Assembly: GCA_965226795.1 (NCBI GenBank)
Contig: CBDDDZ010000004.1
Location: 256,001-320,000 of the forward strand
DNA: 64,000 bases
DNA from: Candidatus Latescibacterota bacterium
GTDB lineage: Bacteria; Latescibacterota; UBA2968; GCA-2709665
Direction: 5' to 3'
Shown: piece after piece, positions 29,873-39,685 of the stretch
How positions within the stretch are numbered: position 1 is the first letter of the stretch
How the letters are laid out: the number at the start of each line of letters is the position of its first letter
Position numbers and translations under genes: made by a program
The notes under the pieces: generated by a model
Databases searched by the model: none
The model's input: only the letters and a program-made list of their open reading frames with translations
What the model was told of the DNA's origin: nothing

Positions 29873-31732
29873 TTATTCGGAAACCCGGTAGCTGTAGAGG
29901 TGGGATCCGCTGCCGAAGTAGATATGGCCGTCGAGGATGTCTCCTCCCGGACCGACAGGTACGGGCGATTCCGCCAGCATCCGTATGTCGCGTGTATCGG
30001 GTTCCACAATGGCGATGCCCTTTGTGAAGAGGATGTAAATGGCGCCGTCCGGCGCGGTGACAAACACCCTCGGGCCCTGTTGCGAGGTCGTGAGACCGAA
30101 TTCGGATTCGAGATCGCGCTGGTGGACCACCCTTCTGTCGCCGGGATCGAAAGCGAAAAAGCGCCTGCGGTCGGCGATTCCGTAGACGACACCCTGCGGC
30201 CCCGAACACATGTCGGTATACCCCTGCACGCCCGCGAAGACGACCGCGCGCCAATCGAGTTGCCTCGTTGCCATATCCATAATATAGAGTTCTGCTTCAT
30301 CGGCCTTCTGTTCACCGCCGGTGCCAGGGCTGATCGTGGTGCCCCCCAGAAGCTTGTCGTCGGGCAGGGGAACAAGGCTCATGGTGGAATGATCGGGCAG
30401 GATGTCGGTATGTTCGAGCAGGGTGTGCTCACGGGTCTCCCTGTCCCAGAATAGCATGCCGCCTCCTGTAAGCCCGTACCCGGGGGTGCCGGCAAGCACG
30501 ACGGTTCTTCCGTCCGGATGGGCAAGCAGCATGTGGGGGCGGTTGATGACCTCGTGGCATTCGTATAGCAGTTCCGGGTTGCAGCCGGCTTCGTCTCGCT
30601 CGGTTTGTACCCATGGTTTGGCGGGGTCCCATTCTTCCAGCAGTCCGTGCGTGTATGCGCCGACAAAGAACATGTCGCCCTCTCTGGCAACGGTATTCCA
30701 TTGCCCCAGGGCCGGGCGGTTGGTCCAGCCGTCGGTATCCGGATTAAAGCTGAAAAAGTGCATCGGAAAGGCGGTACCTCCGCAAATGGTGTTGTCCGGA
30801 GCCGTGGCCACGCCCATAATGTGAGCGCCTTCGCTGGTGTAGTCGAAGGAAACTTCGCGGGTTTCGCCGGTACGGAGATCCTCAACGGCCAGGGTGCGGT
30901 CTACGAGGCTGCACGCGACCATTCGTTTGCCGTCGGGGAATTCGGCGTGGAACAGGCCCTGGCTGCCGGCAATGATGGGTTTCTCGCGTCTGTTCTCAAT
31001 CTTGCCGATATCCGTCCGCGTACCCCGGTACAGTTCAATCCATCCATCCTCGGAACCGCCGCTTGTGTGACCGTAGACCTTCCCGTTCAGGTCGCGGTAC
31101 ACGTGCGCATGGGCCTGGGTTCGTTCGTCTTCGGCCAGGAGGGGTTCCGCTTTGCCGGTTTCCGGGTCCAGGGAGATAATCTGACTGGCAGTGCTGCCGG
31201 TACCGAAATACACCCAGCCGGTATCGTCAGCGGCGATAGCCCGGGGATACTGCCGCCAGTTCTGGTCATATAGGTTCCCATAGTCGCGGAATTCCCCGTT
31301 GAGGGGGTTGTAGGAAGCCACCGCGCTGTTCGGATACGTACCTGACCAGATGCGGCCGTCGTCGTCCTCGGTCATGCTCATGGACATCTGCGGCACGGTC
31401 TGGTGGTGGAAGGTGAATGCGCGCTTTTCGGGGTCGAATTCCACAAAGTGGCTGTTGAAGTGGGTGTAATATCTGTTTCGGCTGGACAGGATGGCCGCAA
31501 ACGGACCGTCGCCGCCCGGCGGATAGGGCATGGGGAATTCTTCGCTGTTTCCCGTTTCCGCATCGATCATCAGGAGGGCGTACCCGCCCCGGTTGTCATA
31601 GAGCCAGATAAGTACGACGTTGCGGCCCGTGCCGTCCACGGTAACGGCGGTGCCCCGATGGTTGCTGATGGGTGTCGCTACGCCGTGGTGAAAAAAGCCG
31701 TTGCCCATTGCTTCGGTATTGGTACCTGACAT
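29873..31732 (-). CDS. Beta-propeller repeat protein
   Basis: Repeated D.DG.IW.GT, YNP..G and FDP..R blade motifs; GGAGG RBS before ATG 31732. Confidence 0.75.
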   Translation of the reverse strand: MSGTNTEAMGNGFFHHGVATPISNHRGTAVTVDGTGRNVVLIWLYDNRGGYALLMIDAETGNSEEFPMPYPPGGDGPFAAILSSRNRYYTHFNSHFVEFDPEKRAFTFHHQTVPQMSMSMTEDDDGRIWSGTYPNSAVASYNPLNGEFRDYGNLYDQNWRQYPRAIAADDTGWVYFGTGSTASQIISLDPETGKAEPLLAEDERTQAHAHVYRDLNGKVYGHTSGGSEDGWIELYRGTRTDIGKIENRREKPIIAGSQGLFHAEFPDGKRMVACSLVDRTLAVEDLRTGETREVSFDYTSEGAHIMGVATAPDNTICGGTAFPMHFFSFNPDTDGWTNRPALGQWNTVAREGDMFFVGAYTHGLLEEWDPAKPWVQTERDEAGCNPELLYECHEVINRPHMLLAHPDGRTVVLAGTPGYGLTGGGMLFWDRETREHTLLEHTDILPDHSTMSLVPLPDDKLLGGTTISPGTGGEQKADEAELYIMDMATRQLDWRAVVFAGVQGYTDMCSGPQGVVYGIADRRRFFAFDPGDRRVVHQRDLESEFGLTTSQQGPRVFVTAPDGAIYILFTKGIAIVEPDTRDIRMLAESPVPVGPGGDILDGHIYFGSGSHLYSYRVSE

Positions 31733-31880
31733 GAGATTGCCTCCGTTGGGTTTCCGTAAGGGATTCGGGAGCGGGTTGATCGATCGGAACAAATATAATA
31801 TGCGGATACCGACAGAAAAACCAATTTTTCACGACGATCACTGAAGTCCTGAAAAACAGGTCCAGGCACCGCTTCCGGAT

Positions 31881-33378
31881 TCAGGGGTCGGGCTTACCTG
31901 GGGGCATGAGGAGTGAGAGCGGCTCGGAGATCTCGTAGACGCTGTCGACCGCCAGGTCGTGGTCGAAGGGTTTTCCTTCTATATTCCGCGCGTCGGCGCA
32001 GGCGTTCCTCATGAAACTCGACCACGTCGGGGGGAATGGGCACTCCGGCCGGGTCCAGGAAACGCAGATAACCGTCCGCGTCTCGGGCGGGCAGTACGCG
32101 GCTCTTCACAAACCGGTTGGGCGACCAGGGCACGTCCAGCAGGCCGGCTTCGAAGGCTCGCACGCTGCCGATTGCGACGTCGCCGTCTCCCATTTCCAAC
32201 ACCCTGTCGACCACGGGACGAACTTCGCGCCGGACAAGGTCGATCTCCCGTTGAAACTCCGGCAGGCCGCTGATATCGATGTTGCGTGCGAGATAAACCG
32301 CCATGCGGGCGGTTCGAAGTCCTTCGACATTGGCCTTCGGCGTGGGCAGCCCAAAGGCTTCGTGGGTGCTTTTGGTGGTCACGCTGACGGCGCCGCCAAT
32401 TGCGGCCGCCATCCCGCCGTAGGCGATGAGTGCGGCACACTGCGCTTCATCCTGTGGCCAGGCGCCCATCCAGTGCAGGGAGATGACAGGTGTGAACACC
32501 TCCGTGTACCCGCAACGAGCCAGATAATCCTGGCATAGTTGCGCGCATGCACGAATCGCGGCCGCGTCCTGGACCAGGTGCAGGGTCTGGCCAAGCTCCA
32601 ACCCGTAGTTGCCAACACCCTGCGCCGCTGCAAGTAGAACATCGAGAACACAGATTGTGATGGCCAAAGAAGGCGGTATGTTGGTGCCGGTCAGGAACCC
32701 GGGCTGGCGACGGTGCAGTTCGACGCCCCGTTCGAGATACAGCGCCGCAAGACGGTCCAGATACTGGTAGTTGCGGATCCCGTCTTCAATGGATAAATCC
32801 TTCGTATATGACACATTATAGGCAATTCCCGACCCCAGATACCCGGTGTAGCCCGCCGCGAAGCCAATTTCGGACGTGAGCTTCGGCATTGCGGTTCCCG
32901 ATAGTACAATAGCGGGTTTGTCTATGGCCTCGATCAGACGCCGACAGGAAGACACGCCGTAGTTGACAATGGGGAGTCCGTTCAGCATGGACCGGCCGGC
33001 CCGTTCCGATTCATCAATGCCCTTCTGCGCCAGTTCAAACTGCTCGTTGCGGGTATAACTGTCGGTCGTAGTGGGCACCACGTCGGCCAGCCCGTCGCGG
33101 TCGAGGCGCTGCATCAAATCAAGCTGCATGTCCAGGGTGCCGAACCCGCCCCGCGGTTGTGTCAGACACCGCCCGTGGGCCGCAGCCTGCCTCAGAACCC
33201 TGGCGAGTTGTTTGTGCCGCGGAAGGCTCCGGTGAAAGGCGACCGCATCGTCGAGGTCCACCTGCGAGCCGGTGGGCCAGCGGGCGAGGTTCTCCCGGCG
33301 CAGGTGGTGAAAGACGTCTTCCGGTATGGTTTTCTGGCTCAACGGAAGTTTGGTCGCGGCGTCTGTTGAGAGCGGCAT
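31881..33378 (-). CDS. glmE: Glutamate/methylaspartate mutase epsilon-subunit homologue with divergent active site; +1 frameshift at ~31983 near C-terminus
   Basis: WPTG..VD, QPRGG, DSYTR, GRSMLNG.P.VN.G, LTGT, WMG..PQDE, HEA.G.PT..AN. Removing one base at 31983 gives EIEGKPFDHDLAVDSVYEIS, matching the GlmE C-terminus, with stop at 31881. Confidence 0.88.
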
Positions 33379-33379
33379 G

Positions 33380-34792
33380 TTACACCTGCTGAGGTTCCCG
33401 TCCGGTGGGTCGGATTTGTGTGAGCGCGAGCGTAAGCGCGGCTTCAGGATCGGCCGCCGCCAGGAGCCCGCAGGCGTAAAGGACGTGATTCCGGTCCTGA
33501 AGCAACCGTGGCTTACAGGGTTTCAGCGAGAATGGATCGCCTGATTCCGCGAGAGCCATCTCCAGGATTTCATCCGGCTGTCCGGACGCGGCCAGCACCC
33601 CGCCCGTACCCACGACGGCGCTGACGTCTGTCAGGTCTTTGCCGCGCTGGACGACGACCGGTCCGCTAGCCGTATGGACGGTTTCGACCGTACCGGCATG
33701 CCGGCTCACGGCAATGCGTACCGCGGCACGGGCAAGGGCACGGTCGACCATCTGGTCCTCGATATCACCCGGCAACCGTGAGACGCACTTGTTAACGGCT
33801 CGGACGATTGATTCCACCCGGATGGCCGGCAGCCTGGCGTCGCAGGCGACGGCTTCCAGACCCGCGGCTTCCAGCACCGATAACGCACTGTAACGCATTC
33901 CCAGGTCGCCCTCGACCGTACGCTTGGCGTGGGGTTCAGGCAGGTGGTCCGCAGAAATGCTGCCGAGGGTGGACTCCCCCGAACAAATGGAATGGACATC
34001 GGTCGTCGCGCCGCCGACGTCGACCGCCACCAGTGTTCCCAGCCCCGGGCGCTGGCCGTCGCCGTCCGCGAGCAGCCGGGCGCCTTCCAGGACGGCGGCC
34101 GGCGTGGGCATCAGAACCAGATCGAACATTCCCTTGGCGCGATCGATTCCTTTTGCATGAACGATGCGCTTGATGAAGATCCGTCGGATTTCCTCGCGGG
34201 CGGGCTCGATATTCAGTACGCCGTACGACGGCATTACGTTTTCGGTTAACGCAACGGGCGTACCGGCGGCTGTAAACACGTCGTTTATGCCGGCGGCGGC
34301 GGACCGGTTTCCCGCGACTACCACCGGGCAGCGAATCGGAAGATTCGCCATTGTCCGCGCATTGGCGACGATGACCTCGCTGTTGCCGCCGTCAGTGCCG
34401 CCGGCCAGCAGGATGATGTCCGGCTCGAGGCGGGCGATTTTATCGGCATCCGCGCGGGTCAATTCATACGCGAACGCCTCGATCAATTTCGCGCCCGCCC
34501 CCAGTGCTGCCTGGCGCGCCGCCTCGGCGGTCAACTCGCGTACCAGGCCGACCGTCACCAGGCGGAGACCGCCGGCCGCGCTGCTGCAGGCCAACCTGTA
34601 GCGGAAACGCGGCGGTTTGCTCAGGCGCCGGTCCAGAACCTCGAGGGCCTCGGTGAATCCCTCTGTTACGTCGGTCTCGACCGTGGAGGGCGCCTGGTCG
34701 GATCCCAGGAGTCGGCCGTTGCTCAAATCGACGGCTCTCAACTTGGTATAGGTACTTCCGAAATCGATGAGCAGTGCCACCGCCTCGCTCAT
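33380..34792 (-). CDS. glmL: Glutamate mutase reactivating factor GlmL/MutL
   Basis: IDFGSTYTK, CSSAAGGL, LLAGGTDGG, MPTP.AV, VDVGGATTDVHS, KRTVEGDLGMRY. Confidence 0.93.
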   Translation of the reverse strand: MSEAVALLIDFGSTYTKLRAVDLSNGRLLGSDQAPSTVETDVTEGFTEALEVLDRRLSKPPRFRYRLACSSAAGGLRLVTVGLVRELTAEAARQAALGAGAKLIEAFAYELTRADADKIARLEPDIILLAGGTDGGNSEVIVANARTMANLPIRCPVVVAGNRSAAAGINDVFTAAGTPVALTENVMPSYGVLNIEPAREEIRRIFIKRIVHAKGIDRAKGMFDLVLMPTPAAVLEGARLLADGDGQRPGLGTLVAVDVGGATTDVHSICSGESTLGSISADHLPEPHAKRTVEGDLGMRYSALSVLEAAGLEAVACDARLPAIRVESIVRAVNKCVSRLPGDIEDQMVDRALARAAVRIAVSRHAGTVETVHTASGPVVVQRGKDLTDVSAVVGTGGVLAASGQPDEILEMALAESGDPFSLKPCKPRLLQDRNHVLYACGLLAAADPEAALTLALTQIRPTGREPQQV

Positions 34793-35238
34793 GGATGGTC
34801 CTTGAGATATCCGCCGGCGGGTGCCTCAAAGTCGCGTTCGAGCGCGGATATCACTTCATTCGTACGCGTTCCGGGAGGGAAAGCCCGGTCGAAGCCCATG
34901 TCCAGAAACCGGCTTTCCACGTCGCGCCAGTCCTGTTTGCCGACAACCAGGTTGCCGCCGACATAGATCAGAATCTCTCCGATACCAGCCTCGATACAGA
35001 TTTCGCGGAAACCGCGGCAGTCGAGTTCGCCCTGCCCGTACAACGAAGAAACCATGATGGCGTCGGCATCTGTTTCCACGGCCGCGTTGACGAACTCAAC
35101 CGGCGGCGTGAGCGCCCCAAGCGACACGACGTTGAATCCCGCCTTCTCCAGGGCCATGCTGAGAATACGGGTGCCCACGATGTGGCAATCCGATCCGATC
35201 ACGCCTGTAATCAATGTTCTCGACTCACTGGGCTGCAT
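34789..35238 (-). CDS. mamA: Glutamate/methylaspartate mutase B12-binding S subunit (GlmS/MamA)
   Basis: GVIGSDCHIVG (DxHxxG), VSSLYG, YVGGNLVVGK, MGFDR. Confidence 0.95.
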   Translation of the reverse strand: MQPSESRTLITGVIGSDCHIVGTRILSMALEKAGFNVVSLGALTPPVEFVNAAVETDADAIMVSSLYGQGELDCRGFREICIEAGIGEILIYVGGNLVVGKQDWRDVESRFLDMGFDRAFPPGTRTNEVISALERDFEAPAGGYLKDHP

Positions 35239-35289
35239 CGCGCATTCAGTCTCTCTCCAGGAAGTCAGGTTGGCGCTAAGACGGGTGCT

Positions 35290-36501
35290 TCACCCATGCT
35301 GCTGCGCCCATCGGCGCACGACGCGGCTCAACTGCTGAAGGCGAACCCGCCCTGCCTGCGGATACACCGGAAGGAACAGCAGTTGCCGTTGCAGGACATC
35401 CACGCAGACTGGCAACTTGCCCGGCAGATCCCGATCGGGCCGAACCACGCAAAGCGACGGCGGCCACAGATGTCCGTCCAGGCCGGCATCCCAGAGCCGC
35501 CGGCACAGGTCCGCGGCATTGCCCACACGGACGACGAAGAGCCAATAGGTGTGTTCCGCCCCGTTGCCCGGGTAGCAGAGGTCCGGAACGCTGCGGTGAA
35601 ACGCCATGGCCTCAGGCCGGCTGCCGGTCCGCTCCAGAGCGTTGGAGCGCAAACGCCTCGACAATAAGGACAGAAGGGCGCCGCAGGGCTGACGGCGGAT
35701 TTTTTCGAGCAGTTCCACTCCCCGGAAACCGCGTGTGGCGCGGTAACTCACCGTATCGTGGGACCTGCCCAACAGGCGGCACGCGGCGCACAGAAGGGTA
35801 TAGGGTCCAGGCCTGTTGAGCAGGAGAACGACGCCGTATTTCGCCAGGCGCACGAAGAAACGGCCTTTGCTCTGTACCGGATAGTCGTTATGCAGCCGCC
35901 GAACTCTGTCTCGCAGGACGGGATCGCCCACAAAAAGAAGACCGCCACCCAAAGCGGTATTGTACTTGATAGGGCCGAAACTGAACATGCGCACGTGACT
36001 GCCCGGGTGGCCTGTAAAGCCGTCACCCCAGAACGCTTGGGCGCAGTCTTCCAACAGCACCAGGCCGTGACGCCTTGCGAAGCTTACGAGGGGATCCATG
36101 GGGATGCGGGCGCCGAACAAATGGGTCGCCAGCAGAGCAACGGTCCTGTGCGTGAGTCCGTTCTTCAGGCTTGTCGGATCCGGTTGAAGCGTCAGTGGAT
36201 CCAGATCGACCGGCACGGGCACGAGACCGTGGCTGCGGATGATTTCGAGCATGTCGGGAATGGTGATGGCAGACACCAGAACGTGCGACCCGCGCGGAAA
36301 ACGGGCGGCCTGGAAATAGGCATCGAATCCGCTGCGAAGCGAGAGAAAAAACAGGGCGCTGTCGGAATCGCCGGTGCTCTCCCGGCAGGCGGCATGGGCT
36401 TCGGCACGTCTGTCCTGCGCCAGGCATTGGCCCATCCCGAAAAGGAGATCGCGCCAGCCGATATCCAATCTTTTTCGAGGAATCATGGTCGATTCACTCA
36501 T
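35290..36501 (-). CDS. DegT/DnrJ/EryC1/StrS-family PLP aminotransferase
   Basis: THLFG, LEDCAQAF, SFGPIKY (PLP Lys), GGG. Confidence 0.85.
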   Translation of the reverse strand: MSESTMIPRKRLDIGWRDLLFGMGQCLAQDRRAEAHAACRESTGDSDSALFFLSLRSGFDAYFQAARFPRGSHVLVSAITIPDMLEIIRSHGLVPVPVDLDPLTLQPDPTSLKNGLTHRTVALLATHLFGARIPMDPLVSFARRHGLVLLEDCAQAFWGDGFTGHPGSHVRMFSFGPIKYNTALGGGLLFVGDPVLRDRVRRLHNDYPVQSKGRFFVRLAKYGVVLLLNRPGPYTLLCAACRLLGRSHDTVSYRATRGFRGVELLEKIRRQPCGALLSLLSRRLRSNALERTGSRPEAMAFHRSVPDLCYPGNGAEHTYWLFVVRVGNAADLCRRLWDAGLDGHLWPPSLCVVRPDRDLPGKLPVCVDVLQRQLLFLPVYPQAGRVRLQQLSRVVRRWAQQHG

Positions 36502-36839
36502 TCGCCGGCGCAGCCGGGGACGATGGGCTCAAACAGGGGAACCGACTCCGCATGGGGCGAAGGCCTTTTCGGGTTCTGCCTGATCTTCCGGCCCCGATAA
36601 TTCAAACATCCACAATGCCCACGTATTTACATCCGGATTCCCTCCAAAATACCCATATCCTGTTGCTAACTGCAACACATTAATTGACTTCGATATTGCA
36701 ATGCAGGGATGCCGACGGGCGCCATTGCCGACCCGGAAACTTCGATCGAAAGCGCGCATTTCTTCCGGCGCGTCTGCTCGTCCCTTGAGAATGATTGTAA
36801 ACAATGGCCCTGTCGAGAGCATTTCCTCGGGTTCCACCA

Positions 36840-37667
36840 TCAGACAGGCGCACGGTCAGCCGGCGGTCCGACCGGCTCGCCCCCGCGTTTTGCCATCTGA
36901 TGGAACCATCGCAAACCGACCACGGCCAGGACAATACCGCACGCAAATAGCCACCATGGAAGGAATACCACGACATCCCAATCTTCCATGGGGCCGAATA
37001 TTTCCAGACGCGCGGTTGTCATTGCCAAAAAATTGTTCAGCGCGTGTCCAAATAGTGCGGGCAGCAAGGAGCCCGATTGAACGACCCACCAGGCAAATAC
37101 GAGCCCCAACATCAGTGCTGCGGGGAATTGCCATGGATTCATATGTACTACAGCGAACAGGACCGCCGACCAGAAAATGGCGCGACTCTGAGTGCAGTGG
37201 GCCAGCAAGCCACCGAGAATAACGCCTCTGAAGAAGATCTCCTCGGTAAGAGGCGCCTGAATCGCAAGGTTATAAAATGCGAAAGCATAAGGTGTTTCTC
37301 TCCCCATTAGGTCACGAAATATGTCAAGTGTTCCTTCTGGAACTGGAATCAGGTACTGAACAAAGTTTGCAAGGTTGAATAGAATGATGCCCAATCCGAC
37401 AATGGATACCGTAAAGGGCAGATACATTTGCCAGGGTACGGTCCTGAAGAGCAGGATATCGGACCATGGCCGACCGGATCGACGTTTAGCGTATAGCACA
37501 AACAGAGCAAACACGGGTAAATATGAAATCCATCCCAAATAAACAAAGATTCGCGTTGCCTGGCCTGATGCGACACCGAGGAAATGAAGCGCCAACCCCG
37601 ATGCGTTAATTGCCAATACAAGCAGAACCACCAGCCACACGGATTGCTTCAGATTCGGATACGTCAT
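36840..37667 (-). CDS. CPBP (Abi/CAAX) intramembrane metalloprotease, paralogue 5 (triplet copy C)
   Basis: EEIFFR, FAVVH, HALNN; 275 aa. Confidence 0.92.
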   Translation of the reverse strand: MTYPNLKQSVWLVVLLVLAINASGLALHFLGVASGQATRIFVYLGWISYLPVFALFVLYAKRRSGRPWSDILLFRTVPWQMYLPFTVSIVGLGIILFNLANFVQYLIPVPEGTLDIFRDLMGRETPYAFAFYNLAIQAPLTEEIFFRGVILGGLLAHCTQSRAIFWSAVLFAVVHMNPWQFPAALMLGLVFAWWVVQSGSLLPALFGHALNNFLAMTTARLEIFGPMEDWDVVVFLPWWLFACGIVLAVVGLRWFHQMAKRGGEPVGPPADRAPV

Positions 37668-37715
37668 GCAACTCCTCCCATTCTTGGCATTCAGATGTCA
37701 GCAGGTACATTGCCC

Positions 37716-37792
37716 CGCATCCCCGGGGCCCGGTCCAGGTTGAATGCCACTCTTCCTTTCGGATTCAATCTTCCTGCATCAGCCGATTGTAC
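37716..37792. repeat. 77-bp intergenic direct repeat, copy 1
   Basis: CGCATCCCCGGGGCCCGG...GATTGTAC; two mismatches to 38696-38772. Confidence 0.9.
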
Positions 37793-37820
37793 CTCTTATA
37801 ATGCGAACCACGAAGTGCTC

Positions 37821-38648
37821 TTAGACACGCTCCCGGTCTGGCGGAGTGTTGACCTGTTCGCCTCTGTTTTTTGCGATCTGACTGAACCACCACAATCCGA
37901 TCAGAGCCAGGATAACGCCACATGCAAATAGCCACCATGGAAGGAATACCACGACATCCCAATCTTCCATAGGGCCGAATAATTCCAGACGCGCGGTTGT
38001 CACCGCCAGAAAATTGTTCAGCGCGTGTCCAAATAGTGCGGGCAGCAAGGAGCCCGATTGAACGACCCACCAGGCGAATACGAGCCCCAATATCAGGGCT
38101 CCGGGGAATTGCCATGGATTCATATGCACTACCGCGAACAGGAATGCCGACCAGAAAATGGCGCGACTCTGAGTGCAATGGGCCAAAAGACCACCCAGAA
38201 TAACGCCTCTGAAGAAGACCTCCTCGGTAAGAGGCGCCTGAATCGCAACGTTATAAAATGCGAAAGCATAAGGTGTTTCTCTCCCCATCAGATTACGAAA
38301 TATGTCGAGAATTCTTTCGGGAATTGGAATCAGGTACTGAATGAAGTTTGCAAGGTTGAAGATAATGATGGCCAATCCGACAATGGATACCGTAAGGGGC
38401 AGATACATTTTCCAGGGCACGGTCCTGAAAAGCAGGATATCGGACCATGGCCGACCGGATCGACGTTTAGCGTATAGCACAAGCAGAGCGAAAACGGGCA
38501 AGCATGAGATCCAAATTACATAATCAATGAGTCGCGGTGTTTGCCCTAGCGTGACATCCATAAAAGCCAACGCCGACCCCAATACGATATCGATAAACAC
38601 CATAATAACCACCAGCCAAATGGATTGCTTCAGATTCGGGTACGCCAT
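37821..38648 (-). CDS. CPBP intramembrane metalloprotease, paralogue 4 (triplet copy B)
   Basis: EEVFFR, FAVVH, HALNN; GGGAGG RBS before ATG 38648; 275 aa. Confidence 0.92.
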   Translation of the reverse strand: MAYPNLKQSIWLVVIMVFIDIVLGSALAFMDVTLGQTPRLIDYVIWISCLPVFALLVLYAKRRSGRPWSDILLFRTVPWKMYLPLTVSIVGLAIIIFNLANFIQYLIPIPERILDIFRNLMGRETPYAFAFYNVAIQAPLTEEVFFRGVILGGLLAHCTQSRAIFWSAFLFAVVHMNPWQFPGALILGLVFAWWVVQSGSLLPALFGHALNNFLAVTTARLELFGPMEDWDVVVFLPWWLFACGVILALIGLWWFSQIAKNRGEQVNTPPDRERV

Positions 38649-38695
38649 GTATTTCCTCCCGTTTAAACGATCAGATGTGAGCACATCCAACAATT

Positions 38696-38772
38696 CGCAT
38701 CCCCGGGGCCCGGTCCAGGTTGAATGCCACTCTTCCTTTCGGATTCAATCTTCATGCATCAGCTGATTGTAC
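38696..38772. repeat. 77-bp intergenic direct repeat, copy 2
   Basis: Matches 37716-37792; the adjacent 38650-38700 also recurs at 39631-39681. Confidence 0.9.
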
Positions 38773-38801
38773 ATCTGATATTGGATACCAGAGCAGTGCC
38801 C

Positions 38802-39629
38802 TTAGACAAGCTCCCGGTCTGCTAGCGTTTCGACCTGCTCGCCTCTGCTTTTTGCCATCTCATTGAACCACCACAATCCAATCAGGGCCAGAAGAATGCC
38901 ACATACATGCAGCCACCACGGAAGCAACATCACGGCATTGAAATCATCCACGGGTCCGAAAATTTCCAGATGCGCAACGGTAACTATCAGAAAATTGTTC
39001 AGCGCGTGTCCCACGATCGCGGGCAGCAGAGAGCCAGTTTGGACGACCCACCATGCGAATACGAGTCCCAATATCAAGGCCGTGGGAAATTGCCATGGGT
39101 TCATATGAAATATAGCGAACAGGCACGCCGACCAGACAATGGCCTGATTCCGCGTTCGGTGGGCCAACAAACCACCCAGTATAACGCTTCTGAAGAGGAC
39201 TTCCTTAATCAATGGCGCCTGAACCACCATGACATAAAATGTGAACGGGTAGGACTTCTCCTTCCCTGCCAGATCCCCGAATACGTTGAGCATTATTTCG
39301 GGCACCGGTATCAGGTGCCGCAACAGGTTTCCCAGGTCCGAGCCAACGATTGCCAGTCCAACAATGGACACGCCGAGCGGCATGTAGAATTGCCACGAAA
39401 CCCGCTCAAAAAGCAGGATCTCGCGCCAGGTCCGATCTGCTCTACGCTTTGCGTAGATTACCGTCAAAACGAAACCGGCTAATATCAAGAGCTGGATTTC
39501 GTGTGGACTGTGTTGTAAAGACCGGTCGAAGATGAGACCCAGGATAGCGATCGGCACCCCCAGTACCACGCTGATCAGGAAAAACAATATCAGGAGCCAC
39601 ACGGATTGCTTCAGATTCGGATACGCCAT
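38802..39629 (-). CDS. CPBP intramembrane metalloprotease, paralogue 3 (triplet copy A; motif 1 reads KEVLFR)
   Basis: KEVLFR, FAIFH, HALNN; GGGAGG RBS before ATG 39629; 275 aa. Confidence 0.9.
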   Translation of the reverse strand: MAYPNLKQSVWLLILFFLISVVLGVPIAILGLIFDRSLQHSPHEIQLLILAGFVLTVIYAKRRADRTWREILLFERVSWQFYMPLGVSIVGLAIVGSDLGNLLRHLIPVPEIMLNVFGDLAGKEKSYPFTFYVMVVQAPLIKEVLFRSVILGGLLAHRTRNQAIVWSACLFAIFHMNPWQFPTALILGLVFAWWVVQTGSLLPAIVGHALNNFLIVTVAHLEIFGPVDDFNAVMLLPWWLHVCGILLALIGLWWFNEMAKSRGEQVETLADRELV

Positions 39630-39685
39630 GTATTTCCTCCCATTTAAACGATCAGATGTGAACACATCCAACAATTCGCATACCA

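Noticed and set aside
36529..36840. 103-aa minus-strand ORF between the CPBP triplet and the DegT gene as a fifth peptide or accessory gene
   Set aside because: No leader similarity and no recognisable motif; may be non-coding or a remnant.
37716..39681. Repeats as a CRISPR array
   Set aside because: Only two or three long copies separated by whole genes; they belong to the gene triplication, and no cas genes are present.
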